DNA of 64,000 nt from Azolla caroliniana (lineage: Eukaryota > Plantae > Polypodiophyta), in the NCBI GenBank assembly GCA_043228905.1, contig JBHGNT010000020.1:7564001-7628000 (forward strand). Reading direction: 5' to 3'. The position numbers and the translations under genes are program-made. A model generated the notes under the pieces. The model had not been told where the DNA came from and made no database searches. It worked only from the letters and a program-made list of their open reading frames with translations. Position 1 is the stretch's first letter. Each line of letters opens with the position of its first letter. Of this stretch, positions 12,464-24,281 are shown piece after piece.

Positions 12464-15400
12464 GTATGAGATTCTTCTGCTTTTCGTGTCTTTGTAGATG
12501 GAGGAAAATTGATGAATGCATGTGTGATCGAGGAAAGAACGGGATTCTTTTTATTTTTTCTGGAAGATTAAGATGTTTTGTTATATATATGTGGGATAGA
12601 TGAAATGACAAGTAGCTTAAGTGGGAGTTGATACATTTATAATGCAATAGGTTTATAATTCTTGGGGTTTTGTCTTGTGTTTTATTTCATTTAGGGTAGG
12701 AGAAATTGGATGAATAACTGTGTAATAGAGATAATAGCAACATCTTTTGTGCTGTTTTTTGTGGTTTTCCTTGATCAACCAAGGGAGTTTGGTGATTTCA
12801 TGGTCCGAGAGAAATCTTCCCTATAGTGTTGTATTCATTGAAAACTGAGGTACTTTGCTGATGAATGCAGATTGAGAGAGAGGATAACTGCCTTTTGTGT
12901 TGTTTTTCTTGAAGATTTTGGCAGTTTGAGAAATGCCTATGTGATAGAGAAAAGAAAAGGTAGCTTAAATTGTCTTAGGATATTATTAATTTTGTTTCAT
13001 CTGGTTGACCACCTTGAGTGGCAGAACAAATTGGGGGCCAAGCACAGAAGACTATTTTTTATTTTGAATTGAGAGGGCTTTCATTCACAAGCCATTAGGA
13101 CGAGAGTGGAGTTGATATATTGTTACAAAACATGCTACGCATGGATGCTTACTTGGTAAATTATGTTTGACACCTATTGCATGACAGCTTGCCAAGCATT
13201 TTGTATTGTTTGGTACTCCTTTCGTGTCTTGATGTTGAAAGGATTGAGATGGAAGATACTCACAAAAAGATTGAAATCTCTAATATTATGAGGCTGTGGA
13301 AAACAAGAAAGTACAAGTGAAGTCTGATATGTGAGCCTTTCCTAAACTTAGGCATCCATAATGTAAACAGGGGATTGGAATGATGCAAAGTATGTACTTT
13401 GCTCTATACCTAAAATATACATAATCCTAGCATTATTTTGTTTTTCCTCTTTCTTTCACTTATTCAGTTAGCTACTTCAATTTTCTATATCTGGACACCC
13501 AAGCGTGTAGCTGTATAGAAATGAGCTCTTGCATAAGTTGTTTGCGATCTGATCCTTTTTCTTTTGCAGCCTGGTTTACTAATCTTCTAGTTTATGGATG
13601 CATAGACCAAGTAGAATAGAATAGATGTTTTATTGTCCATGAAGAGGTCAGCATTGAGCTTATGGGGTGAAATCAACATATCATCTTGTCTGTTATGCCT
13701 TCCTACGAACGGGAGTTGCTACTCAGCAGTAAACACTCTGTGAAAATAATGCACACACATATGTGCTCACTTTTTTTGGTGGAGATTCGAGTATGATAGT
13801 TACAGTGTCATACACATATAACAAGTTATCATATTTCTTGCGATTACCTTATACTCTGACCGTGTGATAAGTGAATGATATTCATCCTCCACTAGGGCAT
13901 ACCTTGCATACCTTCATATTTGGGTTATGATAATATGAATCTACCTCAAGACCTTGTGTGAGCAAGTTCAAAGAAGTGTTGAGGCTCTCCGAAAGTCAAC
14001 GCTATTGGGGGTAATGAGATTCGATTGAACATGTTTTGACATTTTTACCTTGTATTTGGGCCACTATTGGAGGTTATTATTTGCATTGTAATATTCCAAA
14101 TTTCACATTTCAGCATCTTGTCACTTCAACCTTATTGCCTCAATAATGTATCCTCAAAGATCACATACTTCATAGCATCACCTAAGAGCTCAGCTAGATT
14201 GTTTACTCCCCATCTCTTAAACCATTTGATAACGTCGAGCATTTATCCAGATCAGAGGATTTTGCTTACCTATGAGTGTGGGAGAGAGTGGACATGTTTC
14301 TTGATCCCCATGTTGCGCAATAAGTACATTGAAATTGAAAAACCATTATCCAGTTTATATTGACATCCAATCTGCATATACAGTCATGTTATAACTGCTC
14401 TATACTCTTGTGGCATTTTGATCTCTATCATTCTTTTTCAAAGCTCACTTCTTGTTTCAGGTCAAAGGCTTTCTTGTAGTTCACAATACAACAATATAGT
14501 GTTCTCCCCTGAAGTAGAATTTCTTTTGTAATTTCTCTTAGTGTAATAAAATGATTGACTATGAAATGTTTTGGTCTAAAGCCTGCTGGACCAATTGCTT
14601 TTTTGTGACGATGTTCAGCCCATAAGCTAGTCCTTTGTGTCGTGATAGTTCTATTCAACTTGGTCATAACCGAGCTAACCATGATGGTGGAATAGTTAGA
14701 TACCAAATTTTTATCTTCTCCTTTATGGATTTGTTTAATCCAATTCATGAGCCAATCTTCTGGAAAACTTTGCTTGGTAGCTTTATCCATGATATTGCTA
14801 TCCATTGGTGAGTTTGTGGACTTGTCGACTTCAAGAGCTTACTTGTCATCAAAGTTGCATCTGCCACTTTGCATTAGATATATTGTTTTGCCCCTTTATT
14901 AACATGTTCAATGAATACACCTGCTTTATATGGACTTTCCATACTGAATGTCATAGGCATTATACCATTGTGCATATAAAACTTATGTACCTATTGTTCC
15001 ATCTCTTTATTACTGAACTCGCTGATTATATCTTTCTTTTTGCCCTTGATTTGTCTCCATGGTAAATTTTTTCTGAGTTTAAACATCGCCTATTCTTTTT
15101 CCTCACCACTCTTTTATATTGATAAAATGTTAGGACATTTTCATTTTTATTGTTGGTGAGCTTGAACATTTTGATTGAGTCTTGCATTCTTCATCGAACC
15201 AAGCATTACATTGGAAACTAAGCATTCGATGTTCACTTACACGTGCATTGAAAGATGGATATCCTACCTTACAAATGACATGACTCATTCTTTGATAGTA
15301 AGGTAACATAAAGTTCCTCTTTTCCTTTTGTGCTGTAATACATTGGTCAATGTGTGAGAGATAATGATGCGTATAGAGGGAAATATTTATTTAAAAGTAC

Positions 15401-18400
15401 TCTTTCAAGATGGTAGCGATTCTGGTTTACTTGTTAGAGCTTGTATAGGTTTGTGTTGGAATAATTGTTTAAAATTCATGTCTGCTATTTTTATTAATGC
15501 ATATTTTGAGAAACGATAATGTGCAGAAACTTTCTTAAATAGATATTTTCTTACCAAGGTGGATGTCTGAAAATTTTGCTTCAGGTCCTTACAAAAGCCC
15601 TGCGTTTACATCCAGCAGTTCCAGGACTTTGGATATATTCTGCTGCTTGGGAGTTTGAACATAATGGAGACATAGCTGCAGCTCGAGCCCTTATGCAACG
15701 TGGGCTTCGTATGTGTCCAAAATCAGAAAAACTATGGTTGGAATACTTCCGTATGGAACTTGTATATACAGAAAAGATGAAAGAAAGACTATTGAATCAT
15801 TTGACGGAAAAGAGAACTCTGAATGTGAAAAAAGATGTTGGTAATGAAGAACATGATGATAATATTCTGAGGTTAGAGGATGACAGTAAAGAATTGGATG
15901 ATGAAAACATGACAGTGCTTACAGTGGAGGAAACTCAAATGGAAATTTTAACAGTGGATGAGCTAGCATATAAGCTATCTTGCACCATCTATAAAAATGC
16001 TATTTCTGCTATCCCTACAAACTTGTCATTTCGCAAAAGCTTCATGAGTTTATTACATAAAGCATCATTTTCTCAAAAGTCTGCTTTACAGAATGAGGTA
16101 TTGGACAGTTTAAAGAAAGACTTTCCAATGGATGCTGATTGCTGGGACTGGCAAGCAAGGCTTCATTTTGAGACAACCGGTGAGAAAGACGAGGCCATTA
16201 AGGTAAGGGAGTAAAGATGTGTAGAAGTAATGTACATGATAAAATTTATTTGCAAACTTATATAATGAAAAGAACTTTGGGTTCCTACATGGGAAATAGT
16301 GGTAAACAGATGGATAGCATCTCTCTGAAGATTAGAGTAGTGAGTTTGTGCAACCATGACACATGTACATGTGTATTGGGGAGAATATAGAGGTAGAAGC
16401 TATGCATGTCTTAAAACTAGTTTCCAATGTTATGTAATTAAAGGAACTTTGAATTCTTAAATGTGAACTAGTGATAAACAGATGGAGGGTTCCCTGTGTG
16501 GGTAAGGTAGGGTGAACCCTATGAATGAAGCTAGGGCATGGCAGGAATGACTATGTAGGTCTATGCCATATTAATAAAGAAGTATTTGCTGAGATGTTTA
16601 CTTGAGTCAATGAGGTGAAACATTAATAATCAAACTTCATTTTAACAAACGTCTATCAAAAGGATTTAGGAGGTAGCATCTTCCATGTATATGTATGAGG
16701 TTTATGCAAGGTTTCTGAAGGAACTTTTGAGTTGTAGAATGTTCAAAAAATAAGATGGCCAATGTAAGTCAACCATTCCAAAGAGGAGAGGTAGAAAGCT
16801 GCAACTGTTTTGCTACAGTTGTATTCCACACTTAGATGAGGGTCATTCAAATTCTGTAAAATATGTGCAGGTCTATGAAAATGCCTTGGAGGTAGCCTCG
16901 TCCATCAATATGTATGAGGTTTATGCACAGTTTCTGAAGGAACTTTCAGGTGTAGAATGTTCAAAAAGTAAGACAGCTAATGTAAGGCAAAACCGTTCTG
17001 AAGAGGAGAGATACGAAGCAGCAACACTTCTGCTACAGTTGTATTCTAGAGCTAAAGAAGCAAATGTTTTCAGCCCACGCTTAGCTGAGGGTCATGTAAA
17101 TGTTTTACTTAACCTTGGAAAGCTGGACACAGCAAGGCAAGTATTAGAAGAATTGTGCTCTGGCAACTTTAGAACTTGTGCGAGATTATGGACTATGAGG
17201 ATTGTACTAGAGATGAAAAGAGAAACGAGGGCAGAAATGTCAGGTTTAAATAGATTGGCCGATCTTTGCGAGAGTTGTCTAAAGCAGATACCCATGTCTG
17301 AAGCTCAAGATATTTGGGCCATAGTAAGTTTCCTTCTCTTCACTTGCTTTATTAATTTTCCAGTGTCATAAATGTGCTAATACCATATGTATTTTATCAA
17401 CTTGTACAAAGTAACACAGTTTTTTAAAGAGAGGAGAATATCTATCAGCATATCAGAAAATCAATAAATACAAGGATTTCTCCTTTTGATTATCTACTGT
17501 TCCAGAAACAAATGAAATAAGTTCTGAAATAGAATTTAATCGATCAATCTTGAAATGCAAAGAAAGTTGGGGTGATGCCCACAGATGAAAACTTGTCCTG
17601 ATTTTGTGATATCCTTGTATTGACCACCAAAACAATGATTTCTCCAAGGATAATTGATAGCTCTTTGTTGCATCTTATGCATCAAGATATCTGCATACCC
17701 TCAAGAAAGATTGTGATAAGTCCATTGTCAAAATATATAGTAACTTTCAAGGGTCCAATTGCCTTTCAACCTTACGTTTTGATATAAAGGCCAAAAGAGT
17801 CTGGAGAAATGGGCTGCCTTCCTTCACGCTTATGGTATAGAGTGAACTTGTGATAAATCCGGAAGTCAGTTCATTTATTGCCATTATCCTCTGTTCAGTT
17901 CATGCAAAACTACTATTCAGTCAGCTCTTTATGAGGGTGTAAAGGCTTTGTGAAAATTTGAGATGTATGTATATAAAATATCCAACTGTCAATAATCTTT
18001 ATATGCCTGAATGGTGTTCCCTCTTCAATGTAACAGGATATCTTATTGACATAGAATACCAATAGAGTAGGAAAGAATGGGCATCCCTTGTTTACTACCC
18101 CTATGGAGTTGATGCCTTGATGTCTGTATTGACCGATCTCCCTGCATCTGCAACTGATTGATGCAATGCATTGATCAAGAAAGAGTGAGTAAATTTTAAT
18201 TGATGTTCAGATGTTGGAATATTTTGAGAATGCATGCATGCAAAGTACCCAACTTTTGCTACCATGTGTATGCCTGAAAGTTATGCCTTCAATGTAAGAA
18301 GATACCTCATTGATACAGAATACTGAAAGAGTAGGAAACAATGAGCATCCCTGGTTTATCACCATAGAGCTAAGTAGCTTTGATGGCCATGGTTTCTGTA

Positions 18401-19676
18401 GTGATCAATCTCCCTGCAACTGCAACTGACTAATACACCACATTGAGCAAGCAAAAGAGAGAGTAAATGAGTAAATGTTCATTGGTGTTTTGGTGTTCAG
18501 GTCTTGGAATATTTTGGGGAAAAAATCATCTATGATCGAATTATAGATATGATGATTTCGAGAATAGCTAGCTCGAGTGGAGACTCAGCATGCCCCAAGC
18601 TTGCTTGCTCTCTTGTTGATTGGGTTCTTTATACTCAAGATATCAAACAGGCACGCAAAATCTATAGTTCGTAAGATCTTCACTTCAACTCCCATGTTTT
18701 ACTCTTGTTTGTTCTTTGCTTGTTTTTTAGATTCATTTACTGATAGATATGGAAGAGTATGATGTGTAAAGTGTGTACTATCCGGGTAGGGTATAATATT
18801 TGTGAAACAGTTGAACATTCATTTTACAAGTGATGAAATTGATAAACTTGCACATGTTCAACTTGTCACTTAAGTTGTGAGTTGTGAAAGATGACCCTCA
18901 TATTTTTTTAGGGCATGAATGATAAAAACTATATATTTGACTAGAGAAGCTCATTATGTTTTAAATTGATCTTGCTTGATTATTCTCATCAGTTTGGATT
19001 TCCTTATTTCATCTTGTTCGATGGCTTTTATTTACTTAATTGTTTGTTCACTTTTGTTTGTATTGTGAAATGATTATATGTTTAAAAATCGGTTTTGGGT
19101 AACCTTGTTTTTAGCTTTCTGCAATCCTTTTTATTATATGTTTTGCGAAGCTAATATATATTAGTATTCCAAAATTGGAATACTGTTTTTTGCTCGACTA
19201 CTATGTTATATTAATATTCCGCATGAGCATCACAATTAAGATTTTCTGAACTTTGAAACATATTGTAAATTTCAGGATTTTGGCTTTCCCAGCCCCAAAC
19301 TTAGAATTATATAAGCATTGCATTACCATTGAGTCTCGAATAGCAGAGATGGGCTGCAAGGAAGCTGAAAAGTGTGTGCAGAGCTTGTTTCAGTCTGTTG
19401 TAGACAAATATAGTCAGGATACAGATTTATGGCTAGCATATTACTCTCATGAGATAAAGGTAGAGACAATTTTTTAGGATTTCTGTCAATAATTCACTGT
19501 CTATTCATGCAAATTTATATCTTGTTCCTTCTTCGTTTTTTGATATATATTTTTGTGAACAGTCTGGAAATCTTGATATTGCTGGAAATATATATTGGCG
19601 TGCTAAAAAGATTCTCCAAGACCCCTCATCCTTCATTGAAGGTCACCATCATTTAGTTTCGCAAGGAGATTTGTAG
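12050..19676 (+). CDS. UTP6: U3 snoRNA-associated protein 6 homolog (HAT-repeat SSU processome subunit), 6 exons, ~650 aa
   Basis: N-terminus MADSAYYHLERMLPELDDLKERGLFSVAEIREI and HAT repeats (LWIYSAAWEFEHNGDIAAARALMQRGLR). Exons 12050-12463, 15585-16202, 16871-17323, 18501-18670, 19276-19459, 19563-19676. All introns GT-AG with consistent phases. Confidence 0.93.
14050..15000 (-). mobile_element. Decayed LINE RT fragment in UTP6 intron 1
   Basis: ORF 14428-14805: DKNLVSNYSTIMVSS...AGFRPK...LYCCIVNYKKAFD, the N-terminal motifs of a non-LTR RT. Boundaries approximate. Confidence 0.75.
15585..16202 (+). CDS. UTP6: UTP6 exon 2
   Basis: TTCAG|GTC to AAG|GTAAGG, 206 codons. Confidence 0.9.
16871..17323 (+). 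CDS. UTP6: UTP6 exon 3
   Basis: TGCAG|GTC to ATA|GTAAGT, 151 codons. Confidence 0.88.
18501..18670 (+). CDS. UTP6: UTP6 exon 4
   Basis: TTCAG|GTC to TC|GTAAGA. Encodes VLEYFGEK...QARKIYS, phase 2 matches exon 5. Confidence 0.82.
19276..19459 (+). CDS. UTP6: UTP6 exon 5
   Basis: TTCAG|G ATT to AAG|GTAGAG. Encodes ILAFPAPNLELY...DLWLAYY. Confidence 0.87.
19563..19676 (+). CDS. UTP6: UTP6 exon 6
   Basis: AACAG|TCT. Encodes SGNLDIAGNIYWRAKKILQDP...GDL*. Confidence 0.87.
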   Translation, partial: SGNLDIAGNIYWRAKKILQDPSSFIEGHHHLVSQGDL

Positions 19677-20899
19677 AAGTCAACCCATTTTAACCGAATG
19701 GACCAAATTTTTACTCCATGATTAAGAGACAGTTTTGTAGCTAGAGGTGAGATTAGAGAATGTTTTGGATTTCCAGTCTTCCATTGTATGTCATTGTTGT
19801 ATATTAGCCTATTTTTAGAACTGTGAAGGTAGGAAAAGGTAAAGCTTTTCCGCTGCTATAACATCATTTATCTTAGTGCAAATTCTATATCTTGAAATGT
19901 GTCACAAATTTCCTCACGTGAGACATCATTTTACCCAGTATTTGTTTGGTGGTGATTCTTTTTGCCTCACATCAATAAACTTATATTGGTCCAGGATATG
20001 TTAAATTTATATTGGTCCAGGATATTGGTCTTGTGTCCACTAGTTAAATAACTTTGCTTATTTGCTTATACTGGAAAAATCCATCATCAAAATGTAATTT
20101 TGTTTTTTGAGTGCAGTTATGACTGGAGGCAAATTTGTGCTAATTTCAATGAAGTTGCAAGCAATCGCACACGTCCTATTCTTGTTTAATCGACAGGTGT
20201 CTTTTAATCACAAAGGACAAATCAAATTATAAATTTTCTATGTATTGGAAGATGCAATCTGTACAAGAACAAAGTGTGCATCCTGTGTTCTGTTGTTTTT
20301 TGCTAATGCAAAATGGGTGCTACTTTTGAAAGTAGTCTGAAATAAGTTTGAGCATGCCGGTGTCATAATGCTCATTACAAAAGACATCAATTTTAAATTT
20401 TGTGTTGGAAGATGCAATCTGCACAAGAACAAAGTAATTTGCTTCATATGTGAAGGAAGACATTGAGTTATTGTTGCATCCAGTGTTCTGTTGTTTTCAG
20501 CTAGTGCAAAATGGGTGCTACTTGAAAGTAGTCTGAAATGAGTTTGAGAACACTGTTGTCATAATGCTCATTACGAATCATGGTGAACTTTTATCCAAAC
20601 TCAAATAATGCTCATTGTGAAGCATGGTGAACTTGCCCAATGATCATTATTTTGTGACAATATTCTGTTGATTATATACAATGCTGGAAATTTCTTTGAT
20701 ATCGTTTAGGGCTGAAGCTTTATACAAGCAAGTTATTGGTATGTGATTATTTATTCAATCAAGGAAAAAAAAACATTGATGGCAAAAGTCCATCCTTTGC
20801 TTAAAATGTAGTATGACGAGTACATTATATATCCCATTGTAAAGCAAAGAAAACAATGAGTAATAATAAGAGTACCCTACAGATTCGATTGTGAAGCGA

Positions 20900-21290
20900 A
20901 GAAAAAAATGATTGGGGAGGGGAATGGATTATGTTGTCATCTTATGTACTTTGGATTGTGGGAATATCTTCATGACACGTTAAACTTGCATACTCTTGAC
21001 TCTGTCATCTATATTGTATATGATATCTTGTATATTTAATGATATTCATGGTGGTTTGAATGATTTTCTTGTTTAGAGCACTTGTGGTTATATTCAAGGG
21101 GTCAACATTGAAGTTTGTGAGCAATGAAATATTACTTGATGATGTCATTGCATACAAAGCGATTGAGGAACACATGAAATAGCTGATGCTCTATATAAAG
21201 AAATGCAAAAGAGCACAATTAACCTTAAATATGGCAAAATGTGCACTCATAGTATATAGTGAGATGTTATTAAGATATATCATCCAAGTA
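20900..21290 (+). pseudogene. Highly decayed gypsy RT relic
   Basis: ~21130-21245 reads YLDDVIAYKAIEEHMK*LMLYIKKCKRAQLTLNMAKCA. Confidence 0.55.
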
Positions 21291-21339
21291 GGAGAGGTGA
21301 CGAACATAAATTACCATTGGTGTTTCATACCACTAAATA

Positions 21340-21553
21340 TTACCTTATGTTAGCATTCTTCATGGCCATCTCGTGAAGATGGCAACCTTCCACTGTTGTG
21401 ATCGTTAGTATGGTGTGTATTGTTATCACCTTTGCTAGTGGAGCAAATGTCTCTTTATTGTTGATCTCGACATTTGAACATAACCTTTTCCTACAAGTCG
21501 GGCTTTGTATCGGTTGACGGTGCCATTGACATTGTACTTGATTTTGTACAGCC
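21340..21553 (-). pseudogene. Copia RT fragment
   Basis: ETFAPLAKVITIHTILTI...LHEMAMKNA. Confidence 0.7.
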
Positions 21554-24120
21554 AATTGCTAGTGTGAAAGCCACTACATTAGGGAAGTTGGGTTTGACTC
21601 TCAACTCACCCCTTCAAATACAACTTCCGGTCGCCGGAAAGTCGTCTTTCAGTTTGGCTCGTTTCGGCTATCTGAATTCCTCGGCTTTGTGTCTGGATGT
21701 TTAGTCGGGTTGGCTTCGATTGGTCGATTGCTATATGTTCTCCTTCGTTTGACTACCTCTCTGTCCATCTATTCATTCGATTGCCCTTGGTGGGGTGTGC
21801 TGCTACTTTGACTACTCCTTTGGTCGACTTTGATTGATTGATCGACTGTTATTCGGTTGCTGCGTTGCACTGTGTTGTACTCCCCCTCAAGCTTGGTAAT
21901 GCGGCTATCTTTAGGCCAAGGCTTGACATGGATTGCCTAAGCTTGTCGATTTCTAAGGCTTTTGTGAATATGTCGGCTATATGAAGGTTTGTGTTGATGT
22001 GTTGTAAGTTGTCATCTCTAGCTTGAACATGCTCTCCGATATGCTTCGTGTGCACATGGAACACTGGGTTCCGAGCTAGATGAATACTGCTCATGTTGAC
22101 ACAGTAAAGGAGAATTGGATCCTTGATTGGAATGCCCAGATACTTCAATATGCTTTTCAGCCAAACGGCTTCACATGTTGCGATGGTCGCGCCCCTATAT
22201 TCGGCTTTTGTGCTAGACAATGCAAATGTCGGCTGCTTTTTGCTGCTCCATGAGGTAGCTCTGCTACCAAGGGAGAAGAAAAATCCTGAGGTCGATCGAC
22301 TGTCGACCTTGTGGCTGGCCCAATCTGCATCTGTGTACCCTTCAAATCGAACAATCGTTTCCAATTCTCTTGTGCCCAGTGACGTACATGAGTACTCTTT
22401 TAGTGCAATACAGATGAATATTCCAAGGTTTCTGCATGAATAGGCTAAGTAGACCGACCAAATAGTTGAGGTCGGGTTGTGTGATTGTAAGATAGATTAA
22501 GCTATCGACTAGCTGATGATACTGAGTCGGCTCGCACTCTTCTGTCCCAAAGTCTACATCGAGCTTTAGGTTTCGATCGAGAGAGGTTGACATAGGTTTG
22601 CATTCAGTCATCCCAAACTTGTATAACAAATTGAGGATGTAGTGCCGTTGGGAGATCATGATCCAGACTAGTGTCCGAATTATTTAAATGCTGAGAAAGT
22701 AATGGAGCTCCTGCATGTCTTTCATTTCGAATCTGCCAGATAGGAGGGATTTGACCTTATTGATGTCGGCTAGATTCTCTCCTCCGATGACCAAATCATC
22801 CATGTATAGGATGATGACAATCGAGCTTTCAGAATCGCTTCTTACGTAAGGGTGTTGTCTGATTTCAACATTTAGAAGCCAATTTGGTGAAGATATTGAA
22901 TAATCTTCGAATGCCAACCACGCAGTGCGTGCTTGAGTCCGTACAACGGCTTCTTGAGTTAGTAGAGTACGGTCAGGTGGTTGATTGATTTGAAACCAGG
23001 TGGTTGATTGATTTGAAACCAGGTGGTTGAATCATGAAGACCTCCTCTTCTAATTCACCTTGAAAAAAGGTGTTCTTCACATCCATTTGATGGAGGTATC
23101 ACCCCCTAGTAGTTGCGAGTGCAATCATTGTCTGAACAATCGTCATCTTTGCCACTGGGGCAAAGGTCTCCTCGTAATCGACTATGTGCGTTTGAGTGTA
23201 TCCTTTTGCTACAAGTTATGCTTTGTAGTGGTTTACCTTGTAAATCCGCCTATAGCCGATCACTTTCTTGAGTGGTGAGGGGGGAACGAGATTCCATGTC
23301 TCATTCTTGCATAGTGTTTGCATCTCCTTGTTCATGGCTTCGACCTATCGTGAATCCTTGGCTGCCTCAGGAAAATTTTCTGGATCTCAGACGGTCGCCA
23401 CCTTCATCATAAAGGAATAGTGATATGCCATGTAGTCATCGTAGCCGAATCGGCTAACCGGGTTTTTCTCTCGGGTTGAGCGACAAAGTTTCTCGTTTGT
23501 TGTAGCTATGGCTTTCTTTACTCAGTTCGTCCGCATAATTGGAGCACCAAGACCTTCGAACTCACTATCGAGTGAGTGAGTCAATTTGTTGTCGTCTGAA
23601 TCTTCGTACTTTGGCATTTTGGCCTTCCCTTTGTCCATCTTTGGACTCGGCCGATATGTACTTTGATCACTTGGAGGCTCTTGAGGTCCACTCAATCTGG
23701 TCGAGATTGGACTTTCTTAAATGTATGCCTCAATCAATTATCCTCTTCTATCTCGTGATCGGCCGAAATCGGTTTGGGTGGAGTCATCTCTTGTTCATAC
23801 TATGATGCCGATTTGTCGAAAACGACGTCTCGACTCACTCAAACTTTTTGGGTAGATGGATTATAACACGTGTACCTCTTTTGTTCGAGTGAGTACCCTA
23901 CAAGGATACATTTCTCTGACTTAGGATCGAGCTTCTATCGCCTTTTTTCAGGAATATGTACATAAGCAATCAAGCCGAACACATTCAGGAGATTAATGTG
24001 ACCAATTATCTTGTGCCACACATTCAAGTCGGTGTCAACTTTGAAGCCTTTCGTGAACATTGCCAACTTCACCTCATTCGACTCGAGGATGAATATTCGA
24101 CCTTCCTCAAGCAACAAGTC
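21554..24120 (-). mobile_element. Copia C0, 3' half (GAG-pre/IN remnant, RT, RNase H, PPT, 3' LTR remnant)
   Basis: ORFs 21849-22917 (GYTDADWA, SWSSKKQPT, LYMDDLVI). PPT TTGAAGGGGTG. 21554-21606 matches the LTR end at ~60201-60253. Confidence 0.85.
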
Positions 24121-24281
24121 AACCGTCTTTTGTCGATGACAACAACAACTTCATACTCCGGGTTAGTGTCCAACTCAAGCGGGGGCGGCGGTGGTGTAAC
24201 ATGATCGGGAATAGTGTTGGCCTAATAAGGTTCGAGAAGAGAACTATGGAAGACCGTATGTATCTGAAGGTGTAGAGGAAG

